64,000 nt of DNA from positions 179,242,001 through 179,306,000 of the forward strand of contig OZ024741.1 in NCBI GenBank assembly GCA_964016885.1. The letters run 5' to 3'. The notes below the pieces were generated by a model. It was not told where the DNA came from, did no database searches, and saw only the letters and a program-made list of their open reading frames with translations. The translations under genes and the position numbers were made by a program. Below are positions 12,531-25,185 of the stretch, piece after piece. The stretch comes from Eledone cirrhosa (taxonomy: Eukaryota). Positions within the stretch are counted from its first letter, which is position 1; each line of letters starts with the position of its first letter.

Positions 12531-14254
12531 TATGTGTGTATGTGTGTTTGTGTATGTCTGCGCGCGCGTGTGTACGTGTTTATATTTTAATAACAATCAT
12601 TTCTTTTAAATAAAGAAAATAGTCATTTTCAGAGAAAAACTACAAGTAACAGTGTAATATTGTGCTTTAATTATTTTTCTTTCAAATTGTTTTTAATTCG
12701 TTTGACAGATGTGACGCACACATGCAAACTACCTGCCTGAAGGATATGCTTCAATTTCACTATATGTTTACACCAACTTAGTAATTATGTCAATAGTTAT
12801 GGTATCATGGTAGCTTGTCTCTAATTACAAAAGGCAGCTCTGTGTTAAAGGAAGGAGGGGGGGGTCTAGGAATTTGGATTATAAGACTTGGGTTATATAT
12901 TTGTCTGTATTCTTTGTAATATACTGGGAAATTTATTAGCACAGAGAAGTAAAGTGACGAGAAAGATAATTTCAAATAATCGAAGCTAACTCAGTGTCAA
13001 GTTGAGTTGAGCTTTGTTGAACAACGCTTAACAAAACCAACAAATTCAAGAGTAACCACTCAAAATCGAAGCGTAAAACAACATTCCTTTCAAATTTTTT
13101 TTTTTTCAAATTGATTACATCAGTATATATCAGACATGGGCCAACCTTTTGCGAGCAGTGGGTCGCATAAGGTGGGTTGCAGTACTAAAAAAACTCAAGA
13201 CAATTTTGAAATTAGGCGTGCCATTCAGAAAGCCAAACGGGAAACATAACTGGTATAGATACAGCCAAGGGCCACTTTAATGACATCATGATGGGGTTGG
13301 GTATGGGATAAACAAGTTTGTTTTAAATCTATCAACTTCATTATCGTGTAAGCACTTTAGTCATAATAATAGTACTGCCTTTTACAGTCTTCACAATCAC
13401 ATTGGTCCAATCTCTTCACGACACATTAGGCAAGAAGTATCAGACAAAATATTGTGGTATTTAGTTAGGCTCTTTACGTTCTCAGTTCAAATCCCGCCCA
13501 TGTCAACATTTTATCATTCCGGGGTCGATGAAACAAAGTACCAGTCAAATACTGAGGACAATTTAATCAACTGTCCCCTAACCCCACAAACAATTACTGA
13601 CGTTGCGCTTAAATTAGAAACAATTCCTATTACAAGGATTAGACTTAAGACCGATAAATATTTATAAATGAATGAACAAGACAAAAAAAACATTATTAGA
13701 TACATAAAATTGATACTAACTCAGAAGCATATAAAAACGAAATAATTGGACAAAAAACAAAACCTGACAAAGAGTGGAAGAACTCATAAGAGTCAACGAC
13801 CATCCAAAAGTGTGTAAATATGTATATACACATGTACATATTATGTATATGTGTATATACATGGGTGCATGTGTATATACGCGGGGACATAGAAATAGTC
13901 GGGCTGGACACCTGATTGCGCGGTTAAACCACTGGGAGTGAAGGACCCCTAGTCTTTGTCAGGGCATTCTTCTAGGAGAAGGCAACTCAGGAAACTGGGA
14001 TAACTCCGATATAAAACCTGCGGCTCAGTAGTTACCGATGATGCTGATCTTTTCTTCTTTTCGGGTTATAGCTACTGTCACTCAGAGAGTGGGATTGGCT
14101 CAGTGCACAGTCTTTCCTCACTTTAAAAAATATCTTCACGCACAGGCATTGCACGATAGAATTAATTGATAATTATTAATAATGATATATATATATATTG
14201 ATAATTATATATATATTATATATATTGATAATTATATATATATTATATAATAAG

Positions 14255-14575
14255 TGTTTCTACTTTAGGCACAAGGCCAGCAATTACCCAGTGCATTACT
14301 GGTACTTTATTTTATCGACCCCGTAAGGATGAAAGGCAAAGTCAACCTCGGCAAGATTTGATTATATAATTATCATTATTATATATTATATAATAATTGT
14401 TTCTACTTTAGGCACAAGGCCAGCAATTACCAGTGCATTACTGGTACTTTATTTTATCGACCCCGTAAGGATGAAAGGCAAAGTCAACCTCGGCGGGATT
14501 TGAACTCAGATCGTAAAGGGACGTAACTATGCTGGAAAGCATGGCGTCCGACCCTCTACCGATACTGCCAATCCA
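14255..14575 (-). mobile_element. Two tandem tRNA-derived SINE copies (partial 14255-14360, full 14393-14575)
   Basis: Same conserved SINE body. Confidence 0.88.
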
Positions 14576-15115
14576 ATAATGATAATTATATATATTGATA
14601 ATTATTAATAATGGCCTTACTCGATAACGAGGGGGTAGCCATCATATATATATATAGGATTGTACAGTTTTAGGTATAAAAATAACAACAAACATTTGCT
14701 AATGAGGTGTTTCCATACATGTAGTAATGACGTATATCTTTAAATGACATGGGCGACACGAGAGTACTCCTTAACCGACATTGTGTGCGCGTCTGTTTGG
14801 GTATGTTATATGTTCCATAAGTGCATCGTTAGTTATTTGATAACGATATTACACAGCATTTGTTTGGGTTACCATTGGTTTCTCATGATAATTGTTTCTT
14901 AAATGACGTTAAAACAAGCCACGGCTGAAAATCCGTTAACCCAGACCAATTACATTTTAGAATATGGTTGTTCAACAGCCTATATATATATGGAGCTCTT
15001 TTACCACTTGTTGAATATAAAACACGCATTAGTAAACTTATTTCGTCTTATGAAAGACGAAAGCGCTAGATTCAAATTATAAACAAGTTTCATTATATTT
15101 CTTGACCCAAGTGAA

Positions 15116-15164
<49 letters not shown>

Positions 15165-15172
<8 letters not shown>

Positions 15173-15334
15173 TAAAATAACAGATTAAAGTTTAAGCAAA
15201 GAATCGCTGCTTTCACCCTTAACGGGATCTTCTGAAACTAACAAGAGATTGACTTTGTTAGTTTCAGAAGATCCCGTTAAGGGTGAAAGCAGCGATTCTT
15301 TGCTTAAACTTTAATCTGTTATTTTAATAAATAT
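15165..15334. repeat. Perfect ~80-bp-arm palindrome containing a hammerhead-like motif in each arm
   Basis: 15165-15244 is the reverse complement of 15255-15334, 10-nt loop; + arm 15260-15310: AGUUU-CAGAAGA-u CCC guuaa GGG u-GAAA-GCA..UGC-UU-AAACU. Confidence 0.9.
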
Positions 15335-15597
15335 TTGCTCTACGGTTCTTATATATTTGATATATATTTATCCTTATCGAGCACTCTTTGGATTTTAGTC
15401 TTCAAATTTATTATTATTACTATATATATATATATATATATATGAAAAATATGGGGAGAAGAATACTGCATGGTTGCACATGGATTACATATTATAAAAT
15501 TAGTCCCTCATCAGTGATTTGCCAACGATCATTGGTATTTCATCGCATTAAAAATCATATATATATATATATATATATAAAAATCATATATATATAT

Positions 15598-15714
<117 letters not shown>

Positions 15715-15733
15715 CGTATATATATATATATAC

Positions 15734-15802
<69 letters not shown>

Positions 15803-15806
<4 letters not shown>

Positions 15807-15865
15807 GTGACAGTCAAGTTTGCAATTTTCAACAGTTGAAAATTGCAAACTTGACTGTCACCACA
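15803..15865. repeat. Perfect 31-bp-arm palindrome directly abutting a (TA)n tract
   Basis: TGTGGTGACAGTCAAGTTTGCAATTTTCAAC-A-GTTGAAAATTGCAAACTTGACTGTCACCACA. Confidence 0.95.
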
Positions 15866-15870
15866 CATTA

Positions 15871-15909
15871 TGAACCTGAAGATTGCGAAAGCATGAAAGA
15901 ACTTGTTCA
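15871..15909 (+). ncRNA. Minimal type I hammerhead ribozyme
   Basis: Stem I UGAAC/GUUCA; CUGAAGA; stem II UGC-GAAA-GCA; GAAA; minimal stem III AGAACU; cleavage triplet CUU. Confidence 0.7.
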
Positions 15910-16050
15910 ATTCACACTTAACATTTAATATTCTATCATACTATTTCATTATAATACCATTATAAATTTTAAATGATTGTAAATAAAACGAGTAAATCAG
16001 ACAAAGTTGGAATTCCTCTTATTAATATATATATATATATATATATATAT

Positions 16051-16400
16051 AAGAAAGGAAGTAAGTAAAAAAATGTAGAAAATGCAACTGGAATCTTTAA
16101 GAAGTTTTATTGACAGAAACATTACCGGTTTCACAGTTTAATGATTTTCAAAAGTTAAGTGAGATGAAGAAATATGTGACTATAATAATAGGAAAATGCA
16201 AATGTTAAAAATGAAATCTAACACCACACGGTAACTTCCCAACAGGAATAAAATAGTTTGGCGGGTCATCGGGAATTCAAATGCCCACATATAATTATAT
16301 CCGGATAAAGAGATGCGTGAAGCCATTAGTTGCCGGAAAACGGATATTATACTTGTGTATACGAACCAACAACTAACACACGCACACACACACCCTATAT
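16051..16400 (-). mobile_element. (TA)n-embedded element, family D, with degenerate U3-A8 hammerhead
   Basis: Minus 16118-16157: AACUU-UUGAAAA-...-GAAA-CCGG-UA-AUGUU; shares GAAAATGCAACTG with 32478-32491. Confidence 0.6.
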
Positions 16401-16594
16401 ACAAAGCGATATTTTTCTTTTCAGTTAAACGTGTTCGATCACCGCCTTTTAAAACGAGATGATTTAATTTTATTATACACCGACGCTACAAGCGTCCGAA
16501 ACGTTAGGACTCTTTTCCTACTATTATATATCAGCGTAAAACAAATATATTTCTTCATTGTACCGTGTCGCTTGCTTTGTTATTTCTGTGTGCC

Positions 16595-16687
<93 letters not shown>

Positions 16688-16726
16688 ACACACATCTACA
16701 ATACACACAAATATTTATATATATAT

Positions 16727-16900
16727 AAGAAAAAGGTTTAGGGCCCCGGCGGCTGAGCTACAGCCGAACTAGTTCGGATCTAGCTGTCGAAACGATCTGA
16801 GCTCAGCCGTTGGGGTCCTGAATCTTTTCATATTACGCACTCTACTGCCACAAGTATTGCGTACTCTGGTGGGTTATGGTCTAGCTGGTTTTTTATCAAA
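16727..16900 (+). mobile_element. (TA)n-embedded hairpin element, family B
   Basis: CTAGCTGTCGAAACG..TGAGCTCAGCCGTTGGGGTCC plus family tail; partial inverted arm upstream. Confidence 0.75.
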
Positions 16901-17011
16901 TCATATCTGAAGCTTTCGCAGTATTTTTTTTTAGAAATTTTAGCCAAAAAAAATATAGTGAAAGCTTCTATATCTAATTTCAAACTCGCTTGCTGTTTCA
17001 AAACATACTTA

Positions 17012-17111
<100 letters not shown>

Positions 17112-17635
17112 CTTTCGAAACTGAAGATTTATTTCGCCATTACTCAGTTTTTCTCGGCGCGTACAATCCAGAAAGGCAAAGGAATGAACCAATCAGCTTT
17201 ATATGAATAAAAAAAGAATCTACTACATTTTACGTGCACTGAGTCAAACGTATATAACTCTATATATTACATATTCTCTATCAAAGGTATTGAATTCTTT
17301 TTTATTATGTAGCATTACCGTGTAGTGAAATAGGTCTTACAAACGCACAACTACATAAACCCTACATGTGTGCATGTGTGTGTGTATGTGCATTGTGTGT
17401 CCGCATGTGAATATGTAGGCATATATGTGTGTATGCGTGTGCGTGTGCGTGTGTGTGCATGTATATGGAGAGAGACTGAGTGAAAATGCAGTGAATGGGC
17501 AAAGTCGATTCAGTGTCGAGTAGATCACCTTGTAGTATTTCTTTCTGTGCTTTGAGTTCAAATCCAGCCGAATTCCGCTTTTCCTATTGTCGTCTATAAA
17601 TAAAGTACTAATCTAGGTTGGTAGTATTAGGGTCA

Positions 17636-17638
<3 letters not shown>

Positions 17639-17716
<78 letters not shown>

Positions 17717-17728
17717 TCTCTCTCTCTC

Positions 17729-17765
<37 letters not shown>

Positions 17766-17771
17766 TCTCTC
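17639..17771. repeat. (CT)n microsatellite
   Basis: Direct reading. Confidence 0.97.
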
Positions 17772-19927
17772 ATTTAATCTTTCTAAGTCCTCTGCCGAAC
17801 GGTAGGGTTGCAATGAAAAGTGAAGGGATACATTTGTTGCTGTCACATTTTCATCACATCAATGAAACGAGCGGACTCTATACTGAAGCGGGATAAACGC
17901 TTAAAAAATTGTAATAAGATACAAGCGGATCACATGAAATAGATACCAATAACTACCCCTATTTTCACCCTCGTTTTCAATCCATCCCCTCCTATCCCCT
18001 TATGTGACTTACCACCCTTCTATTACTGATGTTATACAGATGAAAGCTTACAAATGGTCTGCATTACGAGTGTAATAATTCGACAGACTGAACTACAGTT
18101 AGTTGTAATCTTAAATTGTCTCTCGACTTCATTATTTTTAGTCACCCTGCAGCAGTATTGAGTCCTTTTTAATTGTGAATGTATGAATGTATGCACATCA
18201 ATGCAATATCATTACACTCCCAATAACATCCTCTATTCTGTAAATGTCTTATCAATGTTGCAAAGCTGCTATTGCCCTAACAGCATAGTAAAATTCATCT
18301 AAAATAAAAATGAAGTATTATGATATCCATACGATCTTCAGCTAGTTTTTAGAATAACTTTTAGTCTTGATTTCCATTCTGTGTAGAGCTGTACAACACA
18401 TGGAGCCATCTTTGGGTATTTTCAGTAGCATAACAGCTTGTATTTTTGTTTTTCATGAGAAGAGATTGTTCGCTCCTCATTCAACACTTCTCCATTTCTG
18501 GTGAAAGAGAAGCAGTAATTAGTCCCACTACAGATCTCACAGCACAATTCAGACGATTTTCGCTAGTAGTTTACAGTTACTTATTTATCGACCCCATAAG
18601 AATGAAAGTAAATTGATATCGACAAGATTTGAACTCAGAACACAGACATCCGGAAAAAATACAACTATACTGTGTCTCTGACGCTCTAACGACTTTGCCA
18701 ATTCTTGCCTTGAATATGGCAATGTAAATATGTTCTTATTGTTTATCCCACGTTAACTATGACCGGGTAGACCTGTGACCAAAAGTGTTCCAGGCGTGAC
18801 TATCCCATCTTTTTCTCCTTGTTAGAATATCTGAGACTATATTATCTAATGAAGCTGTTTTGTTTTTATTTTTTTTATTTTCATGACAGATGGATATGAT
18901 TTAAATGTACTATGGGTACTACTTCTAGTAAATTGAATGACCCGTAGAGTGCTCTTTCGTTAGATCCCGCTATAACTTTAGCTTGAAAGAGTGTTGGCTA
19001 TCATCAGTAAATTACTATATCTGGAGAAAATAAAGTTTAGCCTTGAATAAAAGCCTGACATTTACCTAAAAACTGCTGCCATAGGATTAACCCCATGTCT
19101 GCTGCAATCGAACAATGATAGTGTTAAAATCAATGCTATATGAAGTACTCTTGTTGATTTTGTCTACAAGAGAGATTCTACCTCGTCACTTGACCTGCAA
19201 GAAATAGCCAATGCTTTCTTAAATCTAAGACTACATCGGATAATATAGTATGAGATACATTGCCTTTCATCCTTACGGGGTCGATAAAATAAAGTACCAG
19301 TAATACACTGGGATAATTGCTGGCCTTGTGCCCAAAGTAGAAACAATTATGTCTATGGTGAAAAAATACAGGATGGTAATTGCTGGATAATTGAGGGATA
19401 ATTTTGATCTTTGGTTTCCTCAACCAGGACCGATCCGAGATTAAACGACTGTAAACCAATAAAAATAGATAATGACATTATTAATGCTAACTGGAGTCAT
19501 ATAAATATCAGGTTGTTATTTAGCCCTAGATCAGTCTGGTAGAGGCCGATTGACCTGTGACCACACCACATTCCAGTGATAACCTTTCTGTTTGAATAGT
19601 GTACCTTGAACCCCAAAAGTGTCTTTTTCTAAGACGGTAATCAGTGTATATATAGTCAATCATTCGAGCATCAGATTAAAATGCCTCGTGATATTTGTTC
19701 CGGTTTTCTGCGTTCTGAGTTCAAATCCTATCGAGGTCAACTTTGCCGTTCATTATTCCATGGTCAATAAATAAAGTTTAAGTCTAAATGGATTGGCAGA
19801 ATTGTTAGAACGTCGGTTGTGGCATCTTGCGATATTTCCTTCAGCCCTTTGCGTTCTGAATACGATCTCACTGATGCCAATCTGTGTTGGCCTTTGTCTT
19901 TCCCTTGGATAACATATACAGAGTATA

Positions 19928-19962
<35 letters not shown>

Positions 19963-21907
19963 CTATATATATATATATATATATAGTATATATGAGTTAC
20001 GACGACACTGGTGTCAGCCTTTGCCTTTCCTTGGACGAGAAAAGTGACTTGAAAGGGGGAGAATTTCATACATAGGCGATTGCAGGTCTTCTATTTTAAA
20101 ATAAATATTTCTTAGGATAACGCCCTGAAGAGAATCTTTTTAGGAGCAAACAAGTGAGCAATACAGGTCTTCAAACACTGTGAATGGTTTGAGCGATATT
20201 TGATTGTTATTTCTAGCTAGTCTAGCTGTCATGTGTAAGCCCTTTCGAAGTCTGTATTGCTTATTACTTATCTGTCCACTCTATTTTGTCATATCCAGTT
20301 CAGCCATTGTTACTGGTTTGGTTTCAGCTATCATTCCCTACATCTTGCCTATTTCTATTTCAGGATTTTGTATTTAGATAATGTGGCCGCAGGCATAGCC
20401 ATATGGGTATAATGTTCGATTCGCAATTATGCAGATCCGAGTTCGATCCCAATGCGCGGTATTATGGACAAGTATCATGTGAGGGAAAGTAGGCAGACGG
20501 AAACGGTTTAGAAGCTCGTTCGATGGAATGTAAAAATGTAAAAGCAATGAATGTATGTGTGGGGGGGGTATGTGTGTGTGTGTGTGCGTGCGTGCGTGTA
20601 TTTTACTATATTATACTTAATACCCTATATACAGCTTGCATTGCTGAACACACTTTCTCAGCTGTCAACTGGAGATCTCTATAATTTCGTCGCCTTCCGA
20701 CGGTATAGCTCTCTCCAGCGGTGATAAACAGCATTGATACTACTTGAGAATGTCCGGGGTGATATGGCACACACTGTAGTATAATTTTTCCTTCCGTTAT
20801 CCCTGCAGCCACCGCAACAAATTGAGTGCAACTGTCACCAGTCTAATATAGATCCAAGATACTAGAGCCCAATAAAGTACACAATATATTATGTGTGTAG
20901 AGTCTATTAATTTATTAAGGAAGTCCGTTCGATGAATTGTATCTGTAATTCAAAGGTTCGGCCTTATCAGGTGTTGTGCCGCGCTGATTCGGCTTGAGAA
21001 TTACGTTAAGAGTACATACACTAGTCTGTGGAATATTCGACCACACATTTCAGAAACTGGACGTTCAGCTCATCTGACAGCTGAATGCTCATCGTCGAAA
21101 TCGAAGGAGGACCCATCATGAATACCTTCAAACGATACAGATTCCTTTCTTTCTTTTTTTTTTTTGCTAAACAGTTATATCTTTTTCTACATATGAAAAG
21201 ATATAAAGGTGTCTTGAAGCTATTGTATTATTGTAAGATTCATTAGTATGTGTGCATGCGTGTGTGGGCGCGCGCCTGTGTGTGTGTGTGCATACGTGTG
21301 CGTAAGTCCATGCGTGTGCGTACCTGTGCATGCGTGTGTGTGTGTGTGTGTGTGTGTGTGCATCTTGCGAAGCGGAAGTAACCCCGGTAAAAGAGCTCAC
21401 AGATTGCGATATTACATAGACAAATACAAACAGGCTATAGATAAGACCGGCATCAACAGGGAAATGCGACCAGCGCGTGGTGAACCCCCATTTACTGATA
21501 ATTGTGAGAGATGGAGAGAGAGAGGTAGACGGAAGCAGTGAAAGTGGGAGTTTGGTTTCTTTGTGATCGGACCTGGTGTATATATGTATATGTTTCACAG
21601 ACACACACTCACAATAATTCACTATACTAGAATTTTTTTTCCATACGCTAACGCGTATGTGTATATGTGTGTGCGTGTGTGTATGTGCATATGCATACAT
21701 TTATATGCATGAGTATATAAATATAAACGTTCAAACACAGACACGCTTACAAAAATACACACTCACAGACATACATTCACACAAATACACACACATGCAT
21801 TCACGCAGGCAACAGACATAAAGAGAGAGGATTAGTATGAAGTAGTCAAACTACTACTCTCTCTTTACGTGTTGTGACAGAATCGCAGAAATTTATATAT
21901 AGATACA

Positions 21908-21947
<40 letters not shown>

Positions 21948-22112
21948 TGTAGAGAAGCACAACAACAGCAACAGATCGCATGCTATAGCTTCAAAATAGC
22001 TCGACCACTGCTGAACTGATTGTACAAGAACAACATAGAAATAAAGAAAACAGACAATTCCACTCTTCCATGCTCCAGTCCAGTGACGGTTTTATTCAAG
22101 GATAAGTCTTTT

Positions 22113-22240
22113 GGCAGTCAGGCAGACAGGCAGTCAGGCGGTCAGGCAGTCAGGCAGTCAGGCAGTCAGGCGGTCAGGCAGTCAGGCAGTCAGGCGGTCA
22201 GGCGGTCAGGCAGTCAGGCAGCCAGGCAGTCAGGCGGTCA
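22113..22240. repeat. (GGCA/GTCA) compound tandem repeat
   Basis: GGCAGTCA / GGCGGTCA units. Confidence 0.9.
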
Positions 22241-22315
22241 GCAATATCAGATTAACAAAGGAAAAGAAATGAAAAGACTTTACGCAATAACAGAGAAACG
22301 AAGAACAGCCTACGG

Positions 22316-23167
<852 letters not shown>

Positions 23168-23184
23168 ATAACAATAACAATAAC

Positions 23185-24425
23185 AATGGTTTCTGATTTA
23201 GGTACAAGGCCAGCAATTTGGGGGATGGGAATGTCGATTAACTGGTACTTTATTGTATTGACCCCGTAAGGATGAAAATCAAAGCTAACCTCGGCGGGAT
23301 TTGAACTCAGAACGTAAAGGACGGGAACTCACAGTCGTAAAGCATATTGTCCGACGCTCTACTGATTCTGCCCATCCACCACCCAATAACAATAATAACA
23401 CTAATGTTGACGAAGAGGAGAAAGAATGGGATGATTTCTCACAGAGGTACGAGGTCAGGAACCTATGGAAAGGTAACAGTCAATTATACGTTGGCATAAC
23501 TATTTGACTAATACTTTATTTTATCGACTCCAGACAGAAGGATGAAAGCCAAAGAGAGTTTCAGCAGGTTTTGAACCAAGAAAGGGAATGACTCCTAATC
23601 AAAGCAGGAGTCAGAACATACACTACTGGAGATGGTATCCAAATATGTACGTATAGACTCGTAACTTCTGGTGGAGTCGTGGAGGCACCGTACTGACATA
23701 CGATGTGCTTTTGGCGGAGCCAATCCCTCTCCAGGTTTAAATACAACAGATTTCTTCTAGAATGGGAGGTGGGTGAGAAAGAGATATAGATAAGAGTCAA
23801 CACGAGTACTGGTAATCTTTCATCGACCTTGAAAGAAGGATGAAAGGCAAAGTTGACCTCGGTGCGATTTGAACTTATAGCGTAGAGAGCCGGAACTAAT
23901 AGCGGTAAAGAATTCGATCTGACGTTCTAATTGACTGTGTTAATTCACCGCCTTCGCTATCCAAATGTAAAGATCTGGAAATAAGTATAACATGAATGGA
24001 GACGGTGAAAATAGAAACAGTCCCTATAATAATAGGTGCCTTGAGAATTGTTAAAACACACACAGCCAGATACATAACTAAAACACCCGGGCTTTACAAA
24101 TATATACAGCATGTAGAAAAAAAACACCACTACTAAGCATTGCGCGTACACCACAGAGTAAAAACAACAGCAAAACATAACACTTATACAACCAAGCCTG
24201 GAATAATAAAATTCCCAATGTTACTAATGGTTTCTAATTTTGGCATGAGGCCAGCAAGTTAAAGAGGAGTAGTCGGTTACACAGATCCCATTCTATGGCT
24301 GGTACTTTATTTTATCGACCATGGAAGGATGAATGGGACCTCATTGGAATTTGAACTCAGAACGTAAAGAATCCGAACAAATTCTACTTAGGATTTGTTC
24401 TAACAACTCAGCCAATCCGCCACCA
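23185..24425 (-). mobile_element. Cluster of minus-strand tRNA-derived SINE copies (about 23185-23385, 23810-23955, 24225-24425)
   Basis: Each has AGGATGAA..CAAAG..GACCTCGG..GATTTGAACTCAG (reverse of SINE head/body). Confidence 0.75.
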
Positions 24426-24469
24426 TCAACAATAAGAATACTAATAGTAATTATTATTATTGTTAAATA

Positions 24470-25185
24470 AGGGGCGGTGGATTGGCAGTATCGGTAGAGG
24501 GTGGACGCCATGCTTTCCAGCATAGTCCTTTACGATCTGAGTTCAAGTCCCGCCGAGGTTGACTTTGCCTTTCATCCTTACGGGGTCGATAAAATAAAGT
24601 ACCAGTAATGCACTGGGTAATTGCTGGCCTTGTGCCTAAAGTAGAAACAATTATTATTGTTAAATGAGTTCAAATTCCGCCGGGGTTAGCTTTGCCTTTC
24701 ATCCTCACGGGGTCGATTAAATAAATTACCTGCAACGCACTGAAGTCGATTTAATCGACTCCCTCCACCGAAAAAAAGAATTGCTGGCCTTGTGCCTATA
24801 GTAGAAATCATTATTATTATTGTTAAGGGCAGTGGATTGGCAGAAACGATAGAGCGTCGGACAAAATGATTTGCAGTATTAAGTTATGGCGCTTTACATT
24901 CTGAGTTCAAATCCCACCGAGGTTAGCTTTGCCTTTCATCTTGTATGTACTAGTAATGCACTGGGGTTGATTTAGTCGATTTTCACTTTCCATTCAAATT
25001 GCTGGCCTTGTGCCAAATGTAGAAACAAGCATTATTATTGTTATTATCATTACCTCTTTATGGTCTGAGTTCAAATCCTGCCAAGGTTAACTTTGCCTTT
25101 CATCCTTACGGGGTCGATAAAGTAAAGTACCAGTAATATACTGGGATAATTGCTGGCCTTGTGCCAAAAGTAGAAACAATTATCA
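24470..25185 (+). mobile_element. Head-to-tail array of four tRNA-derived SINE copies
   Basis: 24470-24655 is full-length (A box TGGCAGTATCGGT, B box GAGTTCAAGTCC, (ATT)n tail); further copies follow at ~24660, ~24826 and ~25060, each after an ATT tail. Confidence 0.88.

Noticed and set aside
15495-15520. CTGATGA on the minus strand in a TA island
   Set aside because: No downstream stem II/GAAA partner visible
18100-18560. Possible transposase or exon remnant (also 20606-20812)
   Set aside because: No recognisable motif or splice structure; needs BLASTx
24470-24560. tRNA gene calls from A/B boxes in SINE heads (also 41201)
   Set aside because: No complete cloverleaf; they continue into SINE body and tail
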